Assembly (NCBI GenBank): GCA_017889625.1
Contig: JAGGAD010000021.1
Location: forward strand, 798-64,797
From: Bacillota bacterium
GTDB taxonomy: Bacteria; Bacillota; Negativicutes; Sporomusales; CTSoil-080
Reading direction: 5' to 3'
DNA: 64,000 nt
Notes under the pieces: generated by a model
Databases searched by the model: none
What the model saw: only the letters and a program-made list of their open reading frames with translations
What the model was told of the DNA's origin: nothing
Program-made: the position numbers and the translations under genes
In this document: positions 8,611 through 17,513 of the stretch, in pieces
Position numbering within the stretch: position 1 is the stretch's first letter
Layout of the letters: each line of letters opens with the position of its first letter

Positions 8611-9177
8611 TTATATCAACGGAGGATTCTGGTATTGGGGCTGTTTAGCGGCGGCGGCCAAGGCTTTTATAACGAAGCCAATATGCTCATTTAGATCAAT
8701 GCCAAGATCGGCTGCACCATTTTTTATATTATCCCGGTTAACAGCCCGAGCAAAAGCTTTATCTTTCATTTTTTTGATAACGGATTTAACTTCGAGATTA
8801 TCCAGGCTTTTATCAGGGCGAACCATGGCACAGGCAATGATAAAGCCGGTCAATTCGTCTACGGCCAACAACGCCTTTTGTAGCAACGTTCTCTCTTTTG
8901 GCCAATCGCGAGCATGAGATTCAATGTTGGTAATAAAGTCATCACTATAGTTATGCGCTAGTAAAATTTCCCGTGCATGATTGGGATGGTCATCAGGATA
9001 TTGATCAAAGTCAACGTCATGCAAGAGTCCTACCGCACCCCAATAGTCAGTATCGTTTTCAAATTTTCCCGCGTATGCCGTCATAGCTGCTTCCACAGCC
9101 ATAGAATGTTTTAACAGAACATTACTGGTAACGTATTTTGTTAGTATTCCCCATGTTTCTTGGCGTGATCTTTCCAC
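8611..9177 (-). CDS. HD-domain phosphohydrolase
   Basis: 'LKHSMAVE...GLLHDVD' HD motif. GTG start with an AAGGAGGA SD. Confidence 0.75.
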   Translation of the reverse strand: MERSRQETWGILTKYVTSNVLLKHSMAVEAAMTAYAGKFENDTDYWGAVGLLHDVDFDQYPDDHPNHAREILLAHNYSDDFITNIESHARDWPKERTLLQKALLAVDELTGFIIACAMVRPDKSLDNLEVKSVIKKMKDKAFARAVNRDNIKNGAADLGIDLNEHIGFVIKALAAAAKQPQYQNPPLI

Positions 9178-9305
9178 TAATCATTCCTCCTTGGATGGTA
9201 TGCATCTTTATTATACCAAAAATCATTTTAGTTAAAAATTAATCTGCTTATTAATATCCCTCAATGCATAGATATAGTTATCGGCTGATTTTATGGAGGT
9301 TAGCC

Positions 9306-10223
9306 ATGAATAGTTTACTGACGTTCCTGGCAGGGATAGGGCTGCTTGTGGGCGGTTTATTTATTATGCGCTTTGGGCTAACGAACATTTTTTCACACGG
9401 TTTTCAAACTATCTTGACCAGGCTTACATTAACACCGCTTAGAGGAATTATGTTCGGTGCGGTTGCTGCTGCAGTTATGCAAAGCAGCACCGCGCTTACC
9501 CTGGTTACGATTGGTTTAATTAGCGCTGAGTATTTAAGTTTTTATGCCGGGCTGGGGATTATTTTGGGAGCCAATATCGGTACTTGTTCGACCGTACAGT
9601 TGTTAAGTATTCCCGTGCCTGCGTCGCTTTGGGTGCCGATTTTTGTTCTGAGTGGAATAGTTGGATTTATAAGCAAAAAGCATCGTTCAATGGCATTGGC
9701 AATAATTGGTCTAGCCGGGATGTTTGGCGGACTTAGTTTGATTAATTTTTCATTAAGTAATTTTGTGGCGTTGAATACTGTTGTTTTATGGCTTGAGACC
9801 GCCAGCCACAACCCGGTTTATGGTATCGGCAGCGGTATATTTTTGACTTTTTTGTTTCAATCCAGTAGCGCCGCAACAGCGTTGTTAATGGCCCTAGCTG
9901 ACCAACATCTTATTGATCTTTTGGGAGCTGCTTATGGAGTATATGGCAATAATATCGGTTCTTGCCTACCTTCACTCATTGTCGGGCTTGCCGCGCCCCT
10001 TGCCGCGAAAAGAGTTGCGGTGGCCCACTTTTTACTCAATTTACTGGGAGTTATAATTTTTTTCCCATTTACTCATTTTTTAACAGAAATGACTACGCTG
10101 CTTTCTGGTGATCTAGCCGGGCAGGTAGCCATACTTCATACTTTGTTTAATGTTATTTCGTCGTTAGCAGCCTTAGCAGTTATCCGCTACTACGCAAAAT
10201 TAATAATTTTTCTTATCCGCTGA
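9306..10223 (+). CDS. Na+/phosphate cotransporter family protein (YqeW/NptA-like)
   Basis: Polytopic protein with duplicated 'QSS(T/S)A(L/A)T' Na/Pi-cotransporter motifs. Start set to the ATG at 9306 after GGAGG. Confidence 0.8.
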   Translation: MNSLLTFLAGIGLLVGGLFIMRFGLTNIFSHGFQTILTRLTLTPLRGIMFGAVAAAVMQSSTALTLVTIGLISAEYLSFYAGLGIILGANIGTCSTVQLLSIPVPASLWVPIFVLSGIVGFISKKHRSMALAIIGLAGMFGGLSLINFSLSNFVALNTVVLWLETASHNPVYGIGSGIFLTFLFQSSSAATALLMALADQHLIDLLGAAYGVYGNNIGSCLPSLIVGLAAPLAAKRVAVAHFLLNLLGVIIFFPFTHFLTEMTTLLSGDLAGQVAILHTLFNVISSLAALAVIRYYAKLIIFLIR

Positions 10224-11066
10224 CCTACCAGCTGCCCTGGCAGTTTTTAGTAGTTTAGATATTGCATTACCAAGCCCAGAGAGCAGTATCAGATAGATGG
10301 CTACTGCTGTTATAACAATAGTCCCGCCCGGAGCGATATCAAGCTGAAAAGATAGTATTAACCCGCCCAGAACCGAAATTATCGAGAAGACTACCGACCA
10401 CGCCAAGGTTGCTTTAAAACCACGCCGCATAAGATGAGCCGCCGCTACAGGAATAATCATTAGCGAACTTACCAGCAAAATCCCGACTACCCTCATTCCT
10501 ACTACGACAACCAGGGCCGCCATCATACTAAAAATAGTTCCCACTAGGGCGGTGTTGATGCCAGCCACACGGGCGACATCTTCATCGAAAGACATTAAAA
10601 ATAACCGACCAAAATAATAATGCATTACAGCTAATACAATTATGGCACTGCCAGCAATTAACCATATGTCACTACTGGTAACTGTAAGAATGCTGCCAAA
10701 TAATACACCAATGATACCATTGCCTGGAACCCGAGCCATACTACTGAAAATTACAGCTAAGGCTAAGCCTGTATAGAAAAAGATGGCCAACGCGGTATCG
10801 GCATGTCGCGCATGACGATGCCTGACAAACTCAATAGCGCCTGCACCGAGCATGGTTACAAGGGCCGCAACCGCTGTCGGATATACACCTAGTACATAGC
10901 CACCCATCACTCCGGCAAAAGCAATGTGCCCTAAGCCATCGCCAATCATGGCTTGGCGACGAACTACAACAAAAATGCCGATCAACGGACAGACTATCGC
11001 AGTAATAAGTCCGGCAATCAGCGCTCTTTGCATAAAGTCATATTGTAACACTTCCACGGTTATCAA
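10200..11066 (-). CDS. Metal (Zn/Mn-type) ABC transporter permease, ABC-3 family
   Basis: Typical ZnuB/MntC-like polytopic sequence (FMQRALIAGL..., GDGLGHIAFAG). The exact start is ambiguous (TTG 11066 or GTG 11057). Confidence 0.85.
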   Translation of the reverse strand: MITVEVLQYDFMQRALIAGLITAIVCPLIGIFVVVRRQAMIGDGLGHIAFAGVMGGYVLGVYPTAVAALVTMLGAGAIEFVRHRHARHADTALAIFFYTGLALAVIFSSMARVPGNGIIGVLFGSILTVTSSDIWLIAGSAIIVLAVMHYYFGRLFLMSFDEDVARVAGINTALVGTIFSMMAALVVVVGMRVVGILLVSSLMIIPVAAAHLMRRGFKATLAWSVVFSIISVLGGLILSFQLDIAPGGTIVITAVAIYLILLSGLGNAISKLLKTARAAGRSADKKNY

Positions 11067-11112
11067 TCACCTTTTTATCTTTTTAAATTAGTGCGAGCTA
11101 GATTATCTCATA

Positions 11113-11838
11113 TCACTTAACTTGGTACGAAAAGAAATGTGGCTCACTGGCATGATTTTTACGAAATTCTGAGCTATCGCCGTAAAAACATATACCATTA
11201 TTAATGCAAGCTACTTTGCTGGCCACACGGACAACTTTTTCAATATCATGCGAAACTGCAACAATCGTTATACCAAGGTTACGGTTAAGTTCTCCTAACA
11301 GCCCATAAATCTTTGTACCAGTGTCGTAGTCCACACCGCTAGTAGGCTCGTCTAATAATAGCACTCCTGGATTTGCAGCTAGCGCCCTAGCCACCATTAC
11401 CCGCTGCTGCTGTCCGCCGCTCAGTTCTCCGACAAGTCGACGGCGCAGCTCTTCCATTCCTACTAATTTAAGCATATGAGTTACGATATGCCGCGCTCCG
11501 TCTCGATTGACTTTTTTGGTCCCATCAGAATTAAGGCCCAGGGCAACAATTTCTTCAACAGTTGCCGGAAACCCCGCCGTATTATTAGCATAATGCTGAG
11601 GCACATAGCCGATTTTCCCGGCTATGCAGGCGGCAACAATTTCTTTACCCGCTACCCGCACTATGCCACCGTCCGGTCGAACCAGTCCGGCAATCATTTT
11701 TAGCAACGTACTTTTCCCCGCGCCATTAGGTCCAACCATAGCGACAAAATCACCAGCGGCTATTTCGAGCGACAGGTTGTTAAGTACCTGATTGGCCCCA
11801 TAGGCGAAAGTAACATCTTTTATTGTTATATCAAACAT
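11113..11838 (-). CDS. Metal ABC transporter ATP-binding protein (ZnuC-like)
   Basis: Walker A GPNGAGKST, signature LSGGQQQR, Walker B LLLDEP. The 'GFPATVEEIV' segment is typical of the ZnuC/AdcC clade. Confidence 0.85.
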   Translation of the reverse strand: MFDITIKDVTFAYGANQVLNNLSLEIAAGDFVAMVGPNGAGKSTLLKMIAGLVRPDGGIVRVAGKEIVAACIAGKIGYVPQHYANNTAGFPATVEEIVALGLNSDGTKKVNRDGARHIVTHMLKLVGMEELRRRLVGELSGGQQQRVMVARALAANPGVLLLDEPTSGVDYDTGTKIYGLLGELNRNLGITIVAVSHDIEKVVRVASKVACINNGICFYGDSSEFRKNHASEPHFFSYQVK

Positions 11839-11888
11839 AATAAACCTCTAAACTCTTCTCTGTGCTTTTACCCACCGCAGTTAACAGT

Positions 11889-13607
11889 TTATCCGACACT
11901 AATTTCTCCATGCTCTATTGCTTGGGCATAGCTGCCGCCTTTCACTAATAGTTCTTCATGCGTGCCTTGTTCTGTTACCATGCCACCGGATAGATAAACA
12001 ACTTTGTCTGATGCCCTAAGGGTTGACAGACGATGGGTAATGATAAACGCAGTTCTACCCGCACTAGCCTTACGAATAGCTTCCATTACTTGTTGTTCGG
12101 CATAAGCATCCAATGCTGCGGTCGGCTCATCTAAAAGCAAGATCGCCGGTTCAACAACAATTGCCCTGGCAATAGCAATACGCTGACGCTGTCCGCCGGA
12201 GAGTCTGCCCCCCAGTTCTCCTACCGCTGAATTGTAGCCTTCTGGCAATTCCATGATAAACTCATGGACATTAGCTATTTTTGCAGCCCTTTCCACTTCA
12301 CAATAAGAGGCTGTAGGTCGTCCATAACGAATATTTTCAATGATGCTGGCATTAAAGAGGATTGGTTCTTGCTGGATAAAGCCAATATTTTCTCTCAATG
12401 CGCTAATTTTAAGCTGCTTAATATCGATTCCGTCAAGATATATAGAACCTTGTTGGGGATCATAAAATCTAAGTAGCAAATTCGCAAATGATGACTTTCC
12501 GGCCCCGCTTGGACCAACCACGGCAATAACCTCGCCAGGGCCAGCTGAAATATTGATGTCATGTAGCACTTCAGTCCCGCTATTGTAGGAAAATGATACA
12601 TTTTTAAAGTCCACATGACCAATGCACTCTGGCAATTCTAGTGTTCCTTCCACTACAGTAGCAGGCTGAAAATCAAGTTCTTTAATTCTCGACCACGCCA
12701 CTAAGCCAAGTTTCATTCGGGAAACTGCCTGAGTAATTTTCCCAACCGGTGCCGGCACATTAATAATGTACACAAGAAAGGCGAACATCCCGCCAATAGA
12801 AAGTTTACCGCTAATAACTTCACGACTGCCATACCAAATGATAATGGTTACGCCAATGGCGGTAAGAAACTCTACTAAAGGTATTAAAACAGCATTCCAA
12901 CGCTGTACTTTAAATAAATCCAGCGCTGCTTCTTGAAGCTTTTTACGGAATTTATCATACTCATAATCTTCCCGGACATAACTTTGCACAAGAGAAACTG
13001 ATACAATCGACTGGTGCAATAATCCAGTTACCTTGCCCAACGCCTCTTCATAGAAAGTCCCGAACGCGGCAATACGTTTATTGAAATAGCTAACTACACT
13101 AATAGTAAACGGCAGGGTGGCAAAAGTAACTAAGGCCAGCTGCCAATCAAAATAAAACATGACGGCCATAATAGCGACAAGATTTAACGATTCTACTAAT
13201 AAATCGGGAATTCCCAATGAAACTGCCTGTTGAATTAGCCATAAATCATTAGTAAAGTAGCTTATTACATTGCCAGTTGAGGCATTGATGAAATACCCAT
13301 AATCCATGGCATGAAGTTTTTTAAACATTTCATTGCGCAGATTTCGAATCATCATATTTCCGGCTTTAGCCATATTATAGCTGTAATAATAGGAAAAAAT
13401 TGTGCGTATGGCATACAACCCCGCCACACTTATGACAATGACATTCAATGCCCCCAGATTTTCACGTTCAAGAGCAACATCAATTAGAGATTTTAAAATC
13501 AAAGGCACCGCCAAAGTTGCTGCCGATGCAACAATAAAGCTGACCACTGCCGTTAAGGTCAGCGCCCAGTATGGAAGGACAAATTTTGTCCAATAAAGCC
13601 TAAACAT
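11889..13607 (-). CDS. ABC exporter, fused permease/ATPase (MsbA-like type I exporter)
   Basis: Six-TM N-terminal domain plus an NBD (GPSGAGKSS, LSGGQRQR, LLLDEPT). Confidence 0.85.
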   Translation of the reverse strand: MFRLYWTKFVLPYWALTLTAVVSFIVASAATLAVPLILKSLIDVALERENLGALNVIVISVAGLYAIRTIFSYYYSYNMAKAGNMMIRNLRNEMFKKLHAMDYGYFINASTGNVISYFTNDLWLIQQAVSLGIPDLLVESLNLVAIMAVMFYFDWQLALVTFATLPFTISVVSYFNKRIAAFGTFYEEALGKVTGLLHQSIVSVSLVQSYVREDYEYDKFRKKLQEAALDLFKVQRWNAVLIPLVEFLTAIGVTIIIWYGSREVISGKLSIGGMFAFLVYIINVPAPVGKITQAVSRMKLGLVAWSRIKELDFQPATVVEGTLELPECIGHVDFKNVSFSYNSGTEVLHDINISAGPGEVIAVVGPSGAGKSSFANLLLRFYDPQQGSIYLDGIDIKQLKISALRENIGFIQQEPILFNASIIENIRYGRPTASYCEVERAAKIANVHEFIMELPEGYNSAVGELGGRLSGGQRQRIAIARAIVVEPAILLLDEPTAALDAYAEQQVMEAIRKASAGRTAFIITHRLSTLRASDKVVYLSGGMVTEQGTHEELLVKGGSYAQAIEHGEISVG

Positions 13608-13716
13608 TCAATTAGCCTCCACAACCTGACCTGGAATCGATCATGGCTTATAAGTTTGTACTACCAAAAATAAAGCTGCAGTAATAATAACATAGCGACC
13701 GATGCCCCTTTATCGT

Positions 13717-13739
13717 GTGTATTAATAATACACATTATA
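13717..13739 (-). promoter_or_regulatory. Candidate operator (8-1-8 perfect palindrome) abutting a TGgTATAAT -10
   Basis: GTGTATTA-A-TAATACAC at 13717-13733 lies immediately downstream (minus-strand sense) of an extended -10 TGGTATAAT. It is upstream of the exporter-znuC-znuB gene string. Confidence 0.4.
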
Positions 13740-13770
13740 CCAGGCTATAAGCTACTATAAGATAAAACAG

Positions 13771-13787
13771 GGGAGGCATTGCCTCCC
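13771..13787 (-). terminator. Terminator hairpin after the NlpC/P60 gene
   Basis: GGGAGGCA/TGCCTCCC stem followed by a U-rich tract on the minus strand. Confidence 0.6.
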
Positions 13788-13793
13788 GCAAAC

Positions 13794-14459
13794 TTATATC
13801 ATTCTGCGCGCTCCGATGTAGCGCGTTCCCCAGTAACCACTGTCTAAACAATCAATAGCCACACCCTGGCTAGAAGTAGCGCTTATAAAGTTGCCATCCC
13901 CTAGGTAAATTCCGACATGCGAGACACCAGAAGTATAGGTGGTAAAGTAAACGGTATCACCTGGCTGTAACCGACTCCGGCTCACTGGACGACCAAAGTC
14001 GTATTGTTCATCAGCAGCTCGCGGCAAATACACTCCGCTATTTGCAAAAACATACCGGACAAAGCCTGAGCAATCAAATCCGGATGGCGTTGTTCCACCA
14101 AATACATACGGAACCCCTTGATATCGTAAAGCAGTTTGAATTATGCGTCGTGTATTAAGTGTTGAACCGGCACGGCTAACAGAAATCTCGCGTCCCATTA
14201 ACGCACGATAGGTGGCTGAACCGACCACGCCATCAGCTTCTAACCCCCGGTCTCGCTGGAAAGCGATAACAGCCTTTAAGGTAGACGCCCCAAAATCTCC
14301 GTCTACATTTCCAGCATCATAGCCACTAGCATTTAGCTGGGCTTGAATTTCGGCGACATCCTGTCCAGAATCTCCTTTTTCCAAGGCAGCGGCATAGGCT
14401 ACTGTCCCCACCGAAACTAAAAATAAAACTAACACTAAGGTTTGTAGTAATCTACTCAC
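13794..14459 (-). CDS. Secreted cell-wall hydrolase: PG-binding domain plus NlpC/P60 (C40) peptidase
   Basis: Signal peptide, PG_binding_1-like 'GDSGQDVAEIQAQLN..GYD.G.VDG.FG..T..AV..FQ', and a C-terminal 'FDCSGFV...GDTVYF...HVGIYLG' catalytic core. GTG start. Confidence 0.85.
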   Translation of the reverse strand: MSRLLQTLVLVLFLVSVGTVAYAAALEKGDSGQDVAEIQAQLNASGYDAGNVDGDFGASTLKAVIAFQRDRGLEADGVVGSATYRALMGREISVSRAGSTLNTRRIIQTALRYQGVPYVFGGTTPSGFDCSGFVRYVFANSGVYLPRAADEQYDFGRPVSRSRLQPGDTVYFTTYTSGVSHVGIYLGDGNFISATSSQGVAIDCLDSGYWGTRYIGARRMI

Positions 14460-14474
14460 TACTCGTCTCCTCTC

Positions 14475-14588
14475 ATATGCCTCCGGAGTTAGCTGACGGG
14501 CTGGGACAGAGAGTTGTCCTACTTTTAAAGTTTCGCCCCAAATTTTGGTTCCCCCGTACCTGAGCAGGATTCGGCAGTTTCGCTCATT
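14475..14588 (-). promoter_or_regulatory. ydaO/yuaA-class cyclic-di-AMP riboswitch
   Basis: The minus strand contains GCCGAAUCC, UACGGGGGAACCA, UUGGGGCGAAAC and CCCAGCCCGUCAGCUAACUCCGGAGGC. These correspond to the conserved ydaO blocks (GCGGGGGACCCA / GGGGUGAAUCC / CCGUCAGCUAACC). The element lies in the 5' leader of an NlpC/P60 gene, a classic ydaO target. A TATAAT sits at 14586-14591. Confidence 0.8.
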
Positions 14589-14623
14589 ATATGTTATTCG
14601 CTATTCAGTAAAAAAATCCTTCC

Positions 14624-15571
14624 TTATTTTTTATTTTTAGTATTATGTTGGGTAAGCTCTTCACGAACTAAATACAGCGGACGTTGTTTTACTTCTTCAA
14701 AAATTCTTCCTACATATTCACCTATAACCCCGATAAAAAGCAACTGCAAGCCGCCTAATAGCAAGATGCTGGCAGTAATAGTGGCCCAGCCGGGAACAGC
14801 TTCATTAGTGAACATTTTTATGTAGAGGACATGTATCGTCAAGATAAAGCTAATTATTGCGAAAGCGAGTCCGATATAAAATGATATCCGAAGTGGCATT
14901 TTGGAGTAAGCAGTTATACCATCAAGCGCAAAATGCAGCATTTTTTTTATAGAAAATTTGGAACTTCCAGCAAAACGCTTAGGTGCGATAAATTCCATTT
15001 TTATTTGCCGATAGCCAATAGCACTTATCATACCCCGGATAAATCTGGCCCGTTCCCGAAAACGACGAAAACTATCTACGACCTTTATATCCAACAGCCG
15101 GAAATCGGAGCCTCCTTCTTGCACCTGAACATTGGACATGGCATTCATTAGCCGATAAAACAGACTGGATGTAAAGTTTTTTAGCCAAGAGACCCCTTCG
15201 GTGGTTAGTCTGACAGTTTGTACCACTTCAAAGCCTTGTTCCCATTTTTCAATAAGCTTCGGCAACATTTCTGGCGGGTGTTGCATATCTCCATCCATAG
15301 TAATAACGCAATCACCGTCGGCATTATCCAAACCGCAGCTTAGTGCCACCTGATGGCCAAAGTTTCTCGCCAATACTAGTCCCCTAACTCTCTGGTCCTG
15401 TCCGGCCAGCCGTTCTAAAATTAAAGGCGTCGCATCCTTTGAGCCATCATCAACAAAGACTATTTCAAAACAATATGGCAACGCTTCCATATTTTTTACT
15501 ACTTCCTGGTAAAAAACATCAATATTTTCTTCTTCATTGTATACAGGAACGACAATAGAAACTAGTTTCAA
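14624..15571 (-). CDS. Family 2 glycosyltransferase, polyprenol-phosphate sugar transferase type (GtrB/ArnC-like)
   Basis: 'KLVSIVVPVYNEEENI...VDDGSKD...DGDMQHPP' GT-A motifs with two C-terminal TM helices. Start set to the TTG at 15571 behind GGGAGG. Confidence 0.85.
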   Translation of the reverse strand: MKLVSIVVPVYNEEENIDVFYQEVVKNMEALPYCFEIVFVDDGSKDATPLILERLAGQDQRVRGLVLARNFGHQVALSCGLDNADGDCVITMDGDMQHPPEMLPKLIEKWEQGFEVVQTVRLTTEGVSWLKNFTSSLFYRLMNAMSNVQVQEGGSDFRLLDIKVVDSFRRFRERARFIRGMISAIGYRQIKMEFIAPKRFAGSSKFSIKKMLHFALDGITAYSKMPLRISFYIGLAFAIISFILTIHVLYIKMFTNEAVPGWATITASILLLGGLQLLFIGVIGEYVGRIFEEVKQRPLYLVREELTQHNTKNKK

Positions 15572-15761
15572 ACCAAAACCTCCCATCCCCCAGATTACTA
15601 AACCCAAACCCCTTTCAATCGATACCATCATTATCATAAATAAGTTGGTTCACACTAAATTACAAATAGCAGATATCTAGGAAAGTATCGTTCCTTATTA
15701 ATATTATCCACAACCCGCTCTCCCATGTATTTTCGTACACCATTATAAAAACATTCCAGTT

Positions 15762-16133
15762 TTACTCTAGCACCTGTTTTATATCGACCCGCAAAGTACG
15801 CGCGCCACGTAAATATATATGACGAATTTCTTTGGCTGAACGATCAGTGTTCCACAGTATAAGTACCCGGACGCAGAGCGCAAGTCCCTGAGGATGTTCT
15901 ATTTCCTGCGTTCCAAATAGCGGAACTTCAGCCCAGCCAATAGCTCTAGCTGCCGCCGCCGGAAAAGCGGCGTTTAAGTCAGGCGTTGAGCTAAAAATAA
16001 CGGCCGCAATATCTTCTAACGCAAATTTATTAGCTTCTTGAACCGCTGTTAAAAGTTCAATTACTCGTTCAGTAATTTCTTTTTGTTCATTGACATCAAC
16101 TGTGATTGCTCCCCGAATACCGCGTAGCAACAT
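15762..16133 (-). CDS. aroH: Chorismate mutase, AroH class
   Basis: 'MLLRGIRGAITVD...FSSTPDLNAAFPA.AAR..GW..VP...' parallels B. subtilis AroH. Start set to the ATG at 16133 with an AAGGGGTGG SD. Confidence 0.8.
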   Translation of the reverse strand: MLLRGIRGAITVDVNEQKEITERVIELLTAVQEANKFALEDIAAVIFSSTPDLNAAFPAAAARAIGWAEVPLFGTQEIEHPQGLALCVRVLILWNTDRSAKEIRHIYLRGARTLRVDIKQVLE

Positions 16134-16236
16134 CAACCACCCCTTTTTACAGAATATGATAACTTTCGCGGCTACAGGCAAATATCCTCTTTATAGCAAA
16201 AACCCGGATTGTATCTCTCCGGGTTTTTGCGGTCCT

Positions 16237-16395
16237 TTATTTTGCTGAAAAAGTGTTACAGTTAGTTTGTTGACTGGCCCGAGCACTTTGCCCACCGCCA
16301 TCAACATTCACTTCTATGGCGGAAGCCGAACATAGATTGTTGGAGTCATTATATGTACAGTTAGACACTGTACATTTTACGCCTGATAAAGCCAC
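16237..16395 (-). CDS. DUF1540-family small Cys-rich protein (52 aa), not in the ORF track
   Basis: Hand translation gives (M)ALSGVKCTVSNCTYNDSNNLCSASAIEVNVDGGGQSARASQQTNCNTFSAK. The 'C.V.NC.Y......C.A..I.V' pattern is typical of DUF1540. GTG start with an AGGGGGTGA SD. Confidence 0.65.
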   Translation of the reverse strand: MALSGVKCTVSNCTYNDSNNLCSASAIEVNVDGGGQSARASQQTNCNTFSAK

Positions 16396-16525
16396 ACTAT
16401 CACCCCCTAACTTTAGCGATGCTAGTATTTCTATAAGACTATAACTTTATACGGATAAACTATTATCCTGCTTCCACATTTTTTCATTGTAACTCGCTTC
16501 TTTATTTTTAAAATATGTAAGTATT

Positions 16526-17509
16526 TCATCTTCCATAACTACACCATGGTTCTTCAGCTAAGTAGTCCCCATCGGCATAGTAATACGCCCTGGCCCGACA
16601 ACCACCACACACATCATCATAACCACATTTGCTGCAGGCTCCAGTAAGTGGCTGATTCCTAAACTCATCAAACAGCAGACTATTACTCCATATTTGATCA
16701 AAGTCCGTAACTCGTACATTACCAGCGTTAATCGGCAAATACGGACAAGGCTGAACATCGCCGTTTGGCAAAATTACGCAATAGGCTGTTCCGGCTAAGC
16801 AGCCTTTTGTAAACCGAAGTGATAAGTTACGTTGTTTGGCGATCCGCATAAATTGCGGCGCACAGGTTGGTTTTAGTTCGATTGATACCTGCTGTTGTTT
16901 ATCCAAAATCCGTTCTAACAGCGTTTCATATTGGGCTGTCTTTAGCGTAGTTTTTTCGATATTTTCCCCCCGCCCGGTTGGAACGAAGAAGAAAATGTGG
17001 TGCGCCACTGCCCCTAACTTTATCGCCAAGTCAGTGATGTCAGTAATTTCACCCTCATTCCAGTTGAATACCGTCGTATGTATTTGAAATGGCAGACCAA
17101 CTTCCTTGGCGGCTTTGATTCCAGCTATGGTCTGTTCCCAAGCCCCATTTTGTCCACGAAAGCAATCGTGTCGTGCTTTTTCAGTACTGTCCAGACTGAT
17201 TCCCGCACAGGCTAACCCGGCGGTTTTTAGCTTTACTGCTACTTGGGAAGTGATTAGCATGCCGTTAGTCCCAATGACTGGCCGCAAGCCAACATTTTTA
17301 GCATAGCTGATAAGTTCGTAGATATCCGACCGCAAAAGTGGCTCCCCGCCACTAAAAATCATAATTTTAAAACCAGCTTTAGCAATTTGGCTTAAGAGTT
17401 TTTTGCCTTCAGCAGTGTCAAGTTCGTCAAAACGTTTTGCGCCTGCGTCACGGTAACAATGACTGCAACTAATATTACAAGCCTGAGTGGTGTTCCAGGA
17501 AATAATCAT
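16526..17509 (-). CDS. Radical SAM/SPASM protein, NirJ2/AhbD-like
   Basis: CNISCSHCY (CxxxCxxC) near the N-terminus and a C-terminal Cys cluster (CPYLP...CSKCGYDDVCGGCRARAY) of SPASM type. GGAAGGAG SD. Confidence 0.7.
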   Translation of the reverse strand: MIISWNTTQACNISCSHCYRDAGAKRFDELDTAEGKKLLSQIAKAGFKIMIFSGGEPLLRSDIYELISYAKNVGLRPVIGTNGMLITSQVAVKLKTAGLACAGISLDSTEKARHDCFRGQNGAWEQTIAGIKAAKEVGLPFQIHTTVFNWNEGEITDITDLAIKLGAVAHHIFFFVPTGRGENIEKTTLKTAQYETLLERILDKQQQVSIELKPTCAPQFMRIAKQRNLSLRFTKGCLAGTAYCVILPNGDVQPCPYLPINAGNVRVTDFDQIWSNSLLFDEFRNQPLTGACSKCGYDDVCGGCRARAYYYADGDYLAEEPWCSYGR

Positions 17510-17513
17510 GAAT

